Assembly: GCA_023231475.1 (NCBI GenBank)
Contig: JALJEE010001888.1
Location: 1 to 47,731 of the forward strand
DNA: 47,731 bases
Source: Seison nebaliae
Lineage: Eukaryota
Direction: 5' to 3'
Position numbers and translations under genes: made by a program. Within the stretch, counting starts at the first letter, position 1. Each line of letters starts with the position of its first letter. Below, piece after piece: positions 24,915 to 36,638 of the stretch. The notes beneath the pieces were generated by a model. That model had not been told where the DNA came from. It did no database searches and saw nothing but the letters and a program-made list of their open reading frames with translations.

Positions 24915-26322
24915 TCAAAGAATTTTTTTCCTCATCAAATAATCCTAAAAAAACATACTCGATGATCAAATGAATCAAAATTAAACTACTAACTATTTCT
25001 AAGTTTTTCTGTCGATAAATTTCATCATCTCGATTATCGATGATTTTTCTCTCGCGAAGATATTTATTTAAACCACTTCTTTCCGCTTTTCTATCTTCCA
25101 CTCGTTCTTGAATGAAAAATACGACGATCACCAAAACGACCGTGCCAAGAAAGAAGAACGAATAATATCCCCAATACCAAAATTCATGTTCCGTATCATA
25201 CTTTCTCGTTTCGTTCTTTTCCTCATTCTCTTCTTTCACTAATTGTTCGAATGACTCCAAATTATTGGGCAGTCCTCGCTTCTTTCTGACAATTTCCTTC
25301 TTTTGAAATCCTCTCAATATTTCTGTGATTTTTTCTGGATAGACCATCGAATAATTTAAATGTTCAAACGAAAGTGTACCCAATAAGTGGAGGACAGGAA
25401 TAATACGTTGTTGAAATGATTCTTCTGATTCACAACTATGAAAAATTTAATTAAATAATTTCAATTTTTTAAATAATCATAATGAAATTAACAATTCTTC
25501 AATATAATATTCTTTCCACCGTTCGAATCCGATTTTAATCAATTGATAAATTGTCATATAAGAATTAGTACTAGCCAACAAATGCCTCGTACATTCGTCG
25601 AAGTAGTTTTGGAGATAATCAAAAATACTATCACTTAAGCTAAAATGTTCATCAATTGTATGACAATTGTCGAGGAGATACGATTTCATATATTCTAAAG
25701 TTTTAATGAATTCTTCAGTTATCATCAATTCCAAATGTTCTTTCGACAAATATTCATCCGTCGAACGTTCGTGAGATTCGTAAACGAAATTTTTAATTTT
25801 CTGATATTTGAATAAGAAAGTTCCTATCAATTTCTTCAAATCTTCCGTTTCTTCTTTATCCAATTCCTCCTCTAAATCCTCTTCGAACATGAACTCCCTC
25901 GTCGAAAATTTATCTGCAATTAAATGTGGATTGTTATATGTCATTTGTTCGGAAATATCTCCTTCGAATTTCTCATTAAATGAATCTCGAATCGTCATCA
26001 AATTGTTGTTTAGAAAAAGCTAAATTTAATTGGAATAAAAAAAAAATTTGAATTTTTGGGCAACTATTGAGAGTTTTGGTCTTTTCGATTTTTCTATTGT
26101 CTCCTGATAAACCGTTTCAACATCTTCGAACTCATCGTCTTTTAATTCGTATTGATCTGATTCATTTAATGAGAAATTAGTATTTTTCATTTGATAATCG
26201 AAGTGATATGCATCCTCGTATAAATCGTCGATTGGCAACCATTTCATATCTTCAGCTTCATCGCCCCAACACCATGACAACATGAGAGAAAAGAAGAAAA
26301 GTTGAATAATCATTCGAATCAT
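24915..26322 (-). CDS. Orphan type-I membrane protein (signal peptide, acidic helical ectodomain, TM near C-terminus), about 4 exons
   Basis: MIRMIIQLFFFSLMLSWCWG signal. Three GTT..AG introns join ORFs 26026, 25477 and 24880. TM segment YWGYYSFFFLGTVVLVIVVFFI; the last intron gives ..EIDYLMRKKIL*. Confidence 0.65.
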
Positions 26323-26411
26323 TTTCGAACAATGTGAATCAATTAAAACGACTAATTGAAACAGTGTAATGAAATGGAACGAAGAAATATCTAATTGTTT
26401 CATTTCATCAC

Positions 26412-26425
26412 CCGTTACGTAACGG
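26412..26425. promoter_or_regulatory. Perfect 14-bp palindrome CCGTTACGTAACGG (PAR-bZIP/NFIL3-type TTACGTAA core) in a bidirectional gap
   Basis: Seen directly, between divergent ATGs at 26322 and 26539. Confidence 0.4.
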
Positions 26426-26538
26426 ACAATGATAATTAATACGATTTAATATATAAATCGTTTGAAAATCACAATAATTCTCATCTTTTTTCTATTTCGC
26501 AATTTCATTTTAATATTCTGACACTGTATCAGAAAGAA

Positions 26539-27097
26539 ATGAATAAACTCCTTCTATTTTCTCTTATTGGCGTTATCGCTCTCATACAAGCCGATTCAGC
26601 TGATGGTTAATTTCCATTTTTTTTTTGAGTTTCATTTAAATCCGATTTAGATCAAGCTTTTAACGATTTAGCCAATTTATCGTCCGATGAAGCTAGCTCG
26701 TTTTTGGAATCGTTACAAAAACGATTTTTCTCCAGTAAACCCAAATTGTCGAAAGAGGAAAAGGCGAGACAACGGGAGGCAGAAAATGAAGTGAATAAGA
26801 AGAATAAAAGGAAAACCAGAATGGCGAAAGCATATAAATTGTACGAAGATACATGTGAAACTCAAAAGAATATCGCCCAACGTTCTTGTTTGAATGTCGA
26901 TGTATGTCAAATGCATGGACAACCGATCACAAAAGCTGGTTTCCCACCAATCAATTCAGGTAGTTCTCGAGGATCAACTCGACGTACTTCCGGTAAGGAC
27001 ACTCCACCAACTTACAGGTACATTTTATTGTCTCATTTATTCTTCTAATCTCTTTTCATTCAGATCGTCATTCCGTTTCCCCAGTAGAAATAAGTGA
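26539..27097 (+). CDS. Orphan secreted prepropeptide-like protein, 3 exons
   Basis: MNKLLLFSLIGVIALIQA signal, acidic spacer, KR site, then a basic region with 3 Cys. Introns GTTAAT..TTAG and GTACAT..TCAG keep frame to ..SSFRFPSRNK*. Confidence 0.7.
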
Positions 27098-27434
27098 GTA
27101 GAATGATTATCTGATGATTCCTTCCATTCATCCACATTTAATCAACTGATTGGAACAATGAACATAGACTATAGTTTATGATTATATCACTAGGCCGTTA
27201 AAGAATAATTGTTGGAATAATTTTTTTTTGTTTTCATAATAAATAAAATGGTTAATTTCTTTTTTTCTTCCAAACAAACAAAGTTTTTTATCGATTTTCA
27301 TTTTCCTAAAATTGAAAAAATCAATGACTTAATCATAAAGTCAATGAATTTAACGAATTAAATTAAATTTTAATAAAACACTAAATTAACTGAAAATTAT
27401 TTTCTCTAAATTAATCCTCAAAAATTTTCTTAAT

Positions 27435-27565
27435 ATTATTTTACGATATTTCAATTAAAATTTTAAATTATTTTACGATATTCAATTTATATTTTTAATT
27501 ATTTTACGATATTCAATTTATATTTTCAATTATTTTACGATATTCAATTTATATTTTCAATTATT
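27435..27565 (+). repeat. AT-rich minisatellite, ~31-bp unit x ~4
   Basis: Unit aattattttacgatattcaatttatattttc; ACG anchors at 27443, 27475, 27506 and 27537. Confidence 0.9.
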
Positions 27566-28128
27566 GTTAGTGAATGTGTTGAATATTTAGGGAGAATGAG
27601 AAGAATAAATAAAAAAATTTACTTCACAAAATTTGGGAACGATAATGATAAGGAGACGTTTGAAGAATATTTTGAAAATTCGAATGAAAGAGAGAAAGTG
27701 GGCTGTAAAACGAAATTGAGAAATGAATAATTTGTGGGGGGATGATGGTAGTAGGGAGAGAGGAGAGCCAAGAGAGAGAGAGAGAGAGAAGTTTGACTAG
27801 AATTGTACAATAAAATATTTACAGCGAGAATTAATCTGTAAAAATGGAGAATAATGAAATTAATTGACTAGAATTGAAGTGTTTCCCGACTCGAATGATG
27901 TGTGGGAAGATGAACAAGAATAAATGTCTTCACTGATGATGACGAATGGATTGAGAGAGGAATACAAATTAGAAGATTGAAACGGCCGTTTTCATCTCAT
28001 TGTGATTAATGTTTTTTTTTTGACTTGAAATGATCGGGTAGAAATTTGTAATCGAAAAAGGATTGATTGTTAAAAATGAAAAAAAATTAGAATAAATAAG
28101 GGGGAAGTATCGTGGGAAATTGAATGAA

Positions 28129-29807
28129 TCATTTCATCTGCTCCCCATCGAATGAACAGCAATGAATTAATGATTGTGGATATTTGAGTTTCCGTTTTCG
28201 ATCATTTCTCGGTAATGGACTACTCTCTATTGTACTGACATGTTCGTCCACGATATGTGTCTCGAATAATTCGAGTTTTTCAAAATATTCATCACATGAC
28301 AAACAGAAATAATCGCAATTTTTTGATGATTTGATAGTGGTGGGAGCAGTGAGACGTACATCCGTCATATCCACCAAATCTCCAATTGTATCGATGTGAA
28401 TAGATGAAGTTGATGATGATGATGGAAATTGATTCGATTTATTTTCATTCACTGTCATGAATTGGAATGAATCGATTGATGAATTTAAATTCGAAGGAAG
28501 GAATTCGGTGTGAGAAATCTTCTTTAAAATATCCAATTCGTCTGATGAGAGAAATGATCGTTTCCCTAAAATGTTGTTAATTCGATTCAAATTCATCTCG
28601 TTCAATTGTAAATTTGAATTTAAAATTTCTATCGAATCCTCATCATAATTATGTTGTTGATTGTCATTGGGAAATTTATTTTGAGTCGAATTCTCGTCTG
28701 TTAAAAGGAGATTGAGTAACGGAAAATTTGAATTTGATGATTTGCCAATATCGTTGTTTATAGTGGATGTTTCTTGATCAGTCGCTGGATTGACATTTTC
28801 GAATTCATTTTTATTTTTATTCATTTTTTTCTTCAAATCATTTATCCGTTGGATTGGATCGTTAAGTTTGGGCGAATCGTGACTCACTTGACTATTGAAC
28901 CATTGAACGATTTCGAAGAGATTCTTTTGTTGTTCCGTTTCTCGACAATTATTCCCAAAACCTAATTTCTTTGTGTCGATATCATTATCCGATTTTTTTT
29001 CACCACAATATCTTTCCTTCAATTTCGACAAATTTTTCAAACTCTCTTCAAATGAAATATCGGATAATTTATCTTCCTTCTTCCTCAAATCATATGCTTT
29101 GTCGAATGAATCGATATTTTGTTTCTCATTCGATTGATATCGTTGACAATCATTCAAATATCGAGAAATGATCGAATGATTCTGAGAATTTCTTGATTCA
29201 ACTCCATTTGCACCGATCGAAGATGTGACTGTCGATGTAGTCGTCGTATTAACGATCGTTGTCGACGGTTGTAATGATAATGTTGATGGTGTTGACGAAA
29301 GAAGGAAATTGTTCGAATTATTAATTTTTCCTGAAAATTCAAAAAAAAAATTTTATGAAAATTTTTATAATAATTTCTTTAAATATTTAAATGCAAATTA
29401 ACCTTGTTGTTGTTGTTGTTGTTGATGATGGAAATGAGATGTTGATCGTTCGATCTGTTCCGCTTTCGTTTCCATATTCCGAATACTCAATTTGGGAATG
29501 GCTAATCGATGTAGTCGCGTCACGTATAATGGAGTGGCACCGTCAGATTGGAGGCCTTTATTGACGACATGATATTCGTCTTTGTTGAAATGTCGAGAAC
29601 AAACGGTCATATTCGCTTTCATCTTATAATCCATTTAAAAAAAAGATTTAACGATAATAATGGAACTTCAATATGGAGATTATTCTCACCGATGGCACGG
29701 AGCCATGCCATTCGTCTTTCCGGATCTTTCGGAAAGGAGAAATATGTGACATTCTTATCTTTGTTATAATGATTGCCACAACCAGTGACGATACATTTCT
29801 TCGGCAT
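28129..29807 (-). CDS. THAP-domain protein with a C-terminal C2H2-like finger, 3 exons
   Basis: MPKKCIVTGC..FSFPKDPERRMAWLRAI|..VCSRHF..LAIP is a THAP C2CH domain with an AVPTIF-like box, split by a 44-nt GTTCCA..AAG intron. PolyQ follows, then YFCLSCDEYFEKLELFETHIVDEH near the C-terminus. Confidence 0.85.
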
Positions 29808-30132
29808 TTTGAGTTCTAACAATCTAATTCGTGTTTGGAACGAGTGTACTCTCTCCTCATAAGTCGATTGGGATAGGAATCATGTTACGAATAATCTAGA
29901 AGTAGAAGAGTAGAAAGGAATTGAGGGAGAATTAATGTCCGAACATAATTGCACTGTCAATTACTTATTCACGTGAATTGTGTGCTCTTCGCACTTCACA
30001 ATTCAGATGTTTATAGATTTTTTGAGAATATGTAAAACGGTTACTCCAAATACCAATAATTCTTTAAGCTTAACATTCAATTTTTTATCAATTATCAATT
30101 TATTTTCCTCCCATGCAAACTTTATCATTCCT

Positions 30133-30166
30133 GTTGCCATTAACATCCAAACAATCTTCTAGCGAC
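30133..30166 (+). promoter_or_regulatory. RFX X-box-like elements upstream of AK7 (GTTGCCAT half-site; ATCTTCTAGCGAC)
   Basis: Motifs lie 86-119 bp upstream of the ATG of a motile-cilia gene; imperfect matches. Confidence 0.4.
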
Positions 30167-30251
30167 AATTGTAGACATTAAATCTCGATAGAATTCATCG
30201 TTCATTTCATCAAAACTTTATTTTTATTCTCATTCCAATAATTATCGAATT

Positions 30252-32985
30252 ATGGATCAACAAGACACAACGGAAACGACGGAAGATACTGGAGTTCTTC
30301 TCAAACGAATGTTTTTCAACAACGTCGACGAATATGTCGGAAGAGTTATAGCGAAAGTTCATACATTTATTAAACTTTACAAAATTTTCAAATTCTCTCA
30401 AAGTTTATGACATCGAAACGATTCGAGAATTACAACGAAGAAGAAGGGGAAATAATTGACGACGAAGATAAATCCGTTCATGATGATCCTCGAAATCATT
30501 GGACTTGTTTAGGAACGGTCAACAACCCCGAATATGTCAAACCCGTATACATTGAGAAAATAGTGAATGTTAATTCAAGATCATTCATTGTCTTAAGTGA
30601 TCGGAGATCATTTTTTAGAAAGCTCATCGTGACGAATTGGAGGAAACTATAAAGAGTTGTGACGCCATCGTTTATGATATTTCTTTAGCATCTGAATTTG
30701 AAATTGATGAAGCGGTTTTTGTTGCCGAAATGATGATGAAGGAATGTGAGAATTTTGTGGATCAGAAAATGTTCATTCTCATTTCTAACGTCTTAACTTG
30801 GGCCAATACGAAACAAATGGAAGTTTTATTTCTTTTCTGTTTTGAAGAACATTCAAAATCATTTCTCAGGAAGAGGAAGATGACGCTCCATTTTCCGAAG
30901 ACGATTTCCGTCGACGACGACCTCATCCAAATTATAAAGATCATTTCGAAGCGGAAAAGCGAATTATGTTTTGTGGACGACATGTTCCGTTTTCTTTCCA
31001 AAAATTTTCATTCAAATTCTATTTTTTTTTTTAGAATAAGAAAAAATTCATAACTTATGTCGTGTCCACGGGATTCTTATATGGTTATGGTGAATTTTTA
31101 TTCCAAGATTATTTCAAACGATGTTGGTTGAACAATCAAACTATCGACGTTTACGGTGATGGCACCAATACACTTCCATTAATTCATGTTGTAGATTTAG
31201 CCAAGTTTTTCTTTTTTAATATTTAATTATTTAATTTCTTTTAAAATAATTAAAATTAAAATTTATTTGTTTATAGTATTGTGTTGAATGTGGCTGAGTC
31301 TAAACCGAAACCCAAATTTTTAGTAGCAGTTGATGAGACTAATCATACGTTGAGTGAGGTAGTGAAAGCGATTAATGGAGTGTTAAATAAAGGTCGAATA
31401 AAATATGTGATGAAAGAAGATGCATTTCGAAATAATGATTTGACGGTTCGTCCATTTTTCATTAATTTTCACAAAATATTCTTATTATTTATTAGCAACC
31501 AATGATCGATATGTTATCATGTTCTATGAAATTGGATGGAATTTACGTAAAAGAAAATTTCAATTTCGATTGGGAATGCGAATCAGGTTTCGTCGATAAT
31601 ATTGAACAAGTTGTCAAGGAATTTCGAATTCATCGTAGTTTAGAAGTTTCTTTTTTTTTTAATTTTCAAATTTTAATTTTTAAATTTTAATTGTCAATTT
31701 TCGTTAGCCATTCCGTTTAGCGATTATTGGACCTCCGGCAGTGGGTAAAACTACATTGGCGAAACAACTCGCTCTCCAATATAAGATCCATCATTTGACC
31801 GTACAAAATTTGATTCAATCATTTCTTGAAGAAATGCAAGTGTCTGATAATCAAGCGAGTTCAGAAGATACTCCGTCTGAGGACGAAGAAACTAACTTCG
31901 ATGATTTACAACAAGACAAAGAATTGTTCGCTTCTGTGGAAGAGGCGAATGTTGGATCAGGTGGTCGATTATCAGACGAAGTATTAATTCAATTATATAA
32001 GCGGAAATTGAAATCGACTCCATATCAAAATCAAGGATTCATCATTGACGGTTTCCCAAAAACGGAAGAGCAATTACAAGATTTATTCGTGAATGATGTG
32101 GATGTAGCTGAGAATACGGAAGGTGATGAAGATAAAGAAAAAGAGCCTCAATATAATAAATCGATTACTCCAAGTAATTCTTCTATATTCACTTCTCCTT
32201 AACTACAAATTTTAGATGCCGTTTTTTGTCTCGATGCCAATGACGATTTCTTGAGTGATCGAATTATGAATCTACCAGAATTGGAAGTTAGTGGAACGCA
32301 TAATAATGAAGAGAATTTCCTTCGACGAATCGCTACTTATCGAAAAACAAATATGGAAGAATCAACTTCGGTCGCTAATAAATTTGGTGAATTAGATATT
32401 ATGGTGAAAAGAATAAGTTGGATTTTTTAAAAAATTTTCTTTAAAATTCTTTTTTTTTTAGGTGTAGAAGATGATACTTCAATTCTTCATTTGAATATTT
32501 TGAATGAGATTAAAGAGATAATTGGGAAACCTCGGAATTATGGTATGACAATCGAAGAGAAGAGAATGATGGAAAAATTGGAAGCGGAAGAATTATTGAA
32601 GAAAGAGAATGAAGATCGAGAACATCTGGCTCAATTGGAGATGGAGGAGAAATTAGAAAATGAGAAAAATGAAAAGAAATGGGTTAATAATTAACGATTA
32701 TTTATAGTTTCAAATAAATTCATCATCAGAATGAAAGATTGATGGAAATAAAAAAAGAGGAGATTGAATTACTCGAAGCAAAGTCGTTACCTCTGCGGAA
32801 TTATCTTATGAAATATGTGATGCCAACTCTGACGAAAGGAGTCCTCGAATGTAACACGTTAAGGCCAGATGATCCTATCGATTTCTTAGTTCATATTTTC
32901 AATTATTCTTAATCAAAATTCTCTCAATTGTGTTTAGGCGGAATATCTGTTCAAGAATAGTCAAGAATTTATTGATATTCAATAA
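30252..32985 (+). CDS. AK7: Adenylate kinase 7 (ciliary/flagellar), 12 exons
   Basis: [63 protein letters not shown]-loop [28 protein letters not shown] and a C-terminal Dpy-30 motif [32 protein letters not shown]. Eleven short introns restore frame. Confidence 0.93.
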
Positions 32986-33274
32986 ACAAATTAAACGAAT
33001 TATAATTAAAACATTTTTTTCATTACATGGCAAACTTTCATGGTCTAATAAATATTTTTCTTGAACGAGAAATTTTTAGGGAAATTCTTTGTCTTTTTTG
33101 CACTTCAAACTCTTCGTCGAACGACGAACGAATAAAGAGAAACCTTAACTATTCAATTCACAAGAGAATGAGAATGGAAATAATGATATTCATTTTCTCT
33201 TCACAACATCAGATATTATCTTCTCTTCTTTTCTTCTTCGAGATTTTCATTTAGATTATAGTCAAAGACAAAAG

Positions 33275-33806
33275 ATGTGGAAAATTTTAAGTTTAATTTT
33301 TCTTCTTCATTTCGCATATTCGTTACACGAGGATAAGGTGAAACAAGAAAGTTTCCATTCAATTCTTAATTAAATTATTTAAATTATCGTCATTAGATAT
33401 CTGTGATCAACCGTTACAAATCGGTTCATGTAGAGCGTTGGAATCTCGATATTATTATGATAAGGAGAGTAAGGAATGTAAAGAATTCACCTATGGCGGT
33501 TGTCATGGCAACGAGAATAATTTTGAGAATTATGAACAATGTTATGTTCAATGTATCCTATTATCTCAGGGAATAGAAGAGGCGGAAAGTGCCACTGATT
33601 TAACAAAAGAATTCGGCACAATTGATGCAATGGATGATGCAACTTTCGAGAAGGAATTCAAAATGAAGAAATCCTTTTACGATGAAACTATGAAAGATGC
33701 TTATGACCATTTAACAGAAAAGGAAAAAGAGGAAGCAAAGAAAGCTAGTTACATGGATATCAATGAAATTCCAAAAGAATATCATCAATTTGAAGGTAAT
33801 CACTAA
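33275..33806 (+). CDS. Secreted single Kunitz/BPTI protease inhibitor (P1 Arg) with acidic C-terminal extension, 2 exons
   Basis: Signal MWKILSLIFLLHFAYS. After a GTTTCC..TTAG intron: CDQPLQIGSCRALESRYYYD..CKEFTYGGCHGNENNF..C..C. Confidence 0.9.
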
Positions 33807-34023
33807 TCATTCCGATTTTAAATATTCTAAACATAATCCACCAGATATATTCTAAATATATTCTATTAAATAATTAACACAAATATAAATATATCTCACA
33901 ATTCGTTCGTTTATTTTAGAAGTGCAAAAATTTTTCATAAAATTTCTTTTATCAGTTGATCATAAAAATAAAAAAACGTTGACGTCTAAGATTTAAAATT
34001 TTTTTAATTTGACTTAATTTCTC

Positions 34024-34337
34024 TTAATTTTCGGCCATTTCAGCTTCATAATATTGTTGGACTGCGAGAATAAATTCTTTGAAACTGACACAATTATCAT
34101 CGTTCTTATCACACTTGTCCCAGAACTTCTCAAAACTTATTTCCAATTCCAATTCCTTCATAAAACAGGAAATTAAAAATTATAAATTAATTAATAAAAA
34201 TAAATAATTATAACTTTAGCACGTTTCTCATAAACATCTCTCAATTCTTCTTTACTCAACCGGAAATCAGCATTGTCATCGTTGGCATTAAAATCTTCTC
34301 CAACTAATCGGATGAGTTCGACATATTCACCGCCCAT
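34024..34337 (-). CDS. Small (84-aa) two-EF-hand calcium-binding protein, 2 coding exons
   Basis: MGGEY..DDNADFRLSKEEL..KRAK|ELELEISFEKFWDKCDKNDDNCVSFKEFILAVQQYYEAEMAEN*, joined by a GTTATA..AAG intron. Confidence 0.8.
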
Positions 34338-34494
34338 GATTGAGTATGAAAAGAAATATTTTAGAAGATCTGCTGAAAGTTTCATATACAAAAAATAGAT
34401 GTGTTCAATAAACAACACGTGAGTGGGTGTTGGATGAAGAATGATAAATTTTAGATTAGATCATTGTCCACCATTCGGTGATGACGTCAAGTCG

Positions 34495-35415
34495 TTACTT
34501 ATCCTTTTCCTTATCGAAAGAAATGGTATCTGTGCTATTATTTCGTTTTATCGAATGGAAGTTTTGTTTCCCTCCGAAATCGTTCACAGAATAAGAAGAA
34601 AACGAATTATCGATCACATTCGATTGGAGTGACGTGGTAGTTGATTGGAAAAGTTGAGGTAAAACCTTGAAATTATGTCTGTCCATTTGTCTTCCAATTC
34701 GACGATATTTCTTTTGACTAAAAATCATCAAAATGATAACTCATACCAGATGAAAATGGAACTTTATATTTTTGATATTTGGAATTTTCGTTAGACGATT
34801 TTTCATCACCAGATGTTTTTGGAAATCTTTTCTGTGTTCGCTAACGGTAGAGACGTACGGTTTTGTTTTGATAATACGGAGGAAAAGTTTTTCATTCTCT
34901 AAACGTAACCGATTTTGTGTATCGGAGTAACTTCGTATTGCTTGTTTTGGGATTAATGGTCCGTCATCGATCGAAGGCTTCTCCAACGTAGCGTCATATC
35001 TGTCAAAAACTCATATTTATTCATATCAAATTCTTCATATTTATCGAGTCATCAAAAAAATTTTATTTTCAAAATTTTTATTAGATAATTTTACATATAA
35101 AACTAATCTTGTTTTGAAAATTATACGAAAATTTTGTTTACGGAATTAATTTAAATGTCAATGACTCATCTTATAACATTTACTCATTTATATTCAAAAC
35201 TGTCGAGATAATGAAGAAGAGAATAACCGTTTCATGATTTTTGGAATATTTCTTGGCGTTCTGTTAATGGTGGTGGTTGAGTTGGGCATTCTTCGATGAG
35301 AAGTTCTTAATTCGATTTTCGCAATATTTTCCACTAAACGTCTGTTGGCTTTTTCGATTTCTTCCTGACGGTGGAGAGCAGTTGTTCGAAGAGCGGAAAT
35401 GCTATTCTGTTCCAT
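34495..35415 (-). CDS. CFAP97-domain (KIAA1430/Hemingway-like) ciliary protein, 3 exons
   Basis: EEIEKANRRLVENIAKI and RLRLENEKLFLRIIKTKPY..EHRKDFQKH..RL resemble the two CFAP97-domain helices. Introns GTTATT..CAG and GTTCCA..TAG; X-box upstream. Confidence 0.65.
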
Positions 35416-35580
35416 TTGGGAGAAGAATGAAAAAAATAAAAATTACCAAATTACTACGTATAATGATTATAACATTTGTAATAGACCTAATGATGAATAG
35501 GTGAATCATTAAGAGATGATATGAAATATCGAATTTCCTTCATATAACAGTCGATTGCATTTGATATGAATGCACATGAC

Positions 35581-35594
35581 ATCACCATGACAAC
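35581..35594 (-). promoter_or_regulatory. RFX X-box (GTTGTCATGGTGAT on minus strand)
   Basis: Fits RTHNYYATRRNAAC (ATCACCATGACAAC), about 165 bp upstream of the CFAP97-domain gene. Confidence 0.6.
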
Positions 35595-35924
35595 GAAGAA
35601 GAATGTGAAGTATCTTTAAGACTATTAATTGGCATCTCTTTTTGTTAATACACTAAAATTTCAAAAGATAGATACCTTCATGACATCATCACATGTCATG
35701 CATACATGGAGATAATATATATTCGTTTAGGGAAATATTTATCGTTCACAAGAAGATAAAGGTTGGACGGAAATCATTAAAAAATTAGTAGGAATGACGT
35801 CAGTTGAAGGAACGTTACATTCTTTCTTCATATACCAATCTGATTAAAAGTAGTTGATAATAAAGTGTTTTCTTCTCGTTGCATTTCAATTTTCAGAGGA
35901 TTAGAATTCTTCAATAACGAAAAA

Positions 35925-36428
35925 ATGGTAAGTACTTATGGGAGAGTGATAAGGAGAACATATTTTCCTAAACGAAAACGGTCAATATGGAAGAAGCAGA
36001 ATAAACATTTAATTAGAAAGGAACAAGGTGCAAACGGTCGTTGTTCAGGGCCAACCATGAATAAAATCAATACACCTAACTTCTTAATTAGTCAAATGAG
36101 TCAAGTAGAGAATCAAGGAAGAAGTAGAAGAATATTCGAACGACTCACTAAATACAAATCGAAACAATTTACTCCTCCTATGTCGAAAGGACGCGGGAAT
36201 TGTATCCAAAACATTTTCTTCCCAACCAAACAAATTCAAAAAAATGATAAAATAGTAAAAGAAAAAGAAGACAATTCTACCGATAAACTTGCCTGTTATT
36301 CATCTTCTTCTTTTAAGAGTCTATTAAGACGAATTAGAACAGTTCGTCGAAATATTAAGCATGTTAAAAATATTTTTTCGAATTTGAACGAAAGGGAAGA
36401 AAGTATTCTTCGAAAGAATTCTCTATAA
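35925..36428 (+). CDS. Orphan highly basic (Lys/Arg-rich) 167-aa protein, single coding exon
   Basis: Open frame from ATG 35925, very K/R-rich. CRE at 35795-35802 upstream; no family recognised. Confidence 0.5.
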   Translation: MVSTYGRVIRRTYFPKRKRSIWKKQNKHLIRKEQGANGRCSGPTMNKINTPNFLISQMSQVENQGRSRRIFERLTKYKSKQFTPPMSKGRGNCIQNIFFPTKQIQKNDKIVKEKEDNSTDKLACYSSSSFKSLLRRIRTVRRNIKHVKNIFSNLNEREESILRKNSL

Positions 36429-36638
36429 ACTTTTTTATACTCAAAATCAAAATTTCAATTTTATCTCATTATCTTATCAATATTTATTCAAATATCATAA
36501 TCTATCATAATTCATTAATGGACTAACAAGGGAACTACACTTGTGAGAAATGAATAATAATTATTTTTATTTCTTTTTATATTTTTTCAATTTTCACAAC
36601 ATATCTAACAGAACAACGGGAAAAGAATGGGAAGACGT

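Noticed and set aside
27435..27565. 31-bp repeats as a possible CRISPR array
   Set aside because: Head-to-tail units with no spacers, no cas genes, and a eukaryotic context; it is a minisatellite.
27633..27650. TTGGGAACGATA resembling part of U6 snRNA
   Set aside because: No ACAGAGA box or U6 stem-loops follow; I found no snRNA gene in this window.
33499..33512. Perfect X-box GTTGTCATGGCAAC
   Set aside because: It lies inside Kunitz codons for G-C-H-G-N and is explained by protein constraint.
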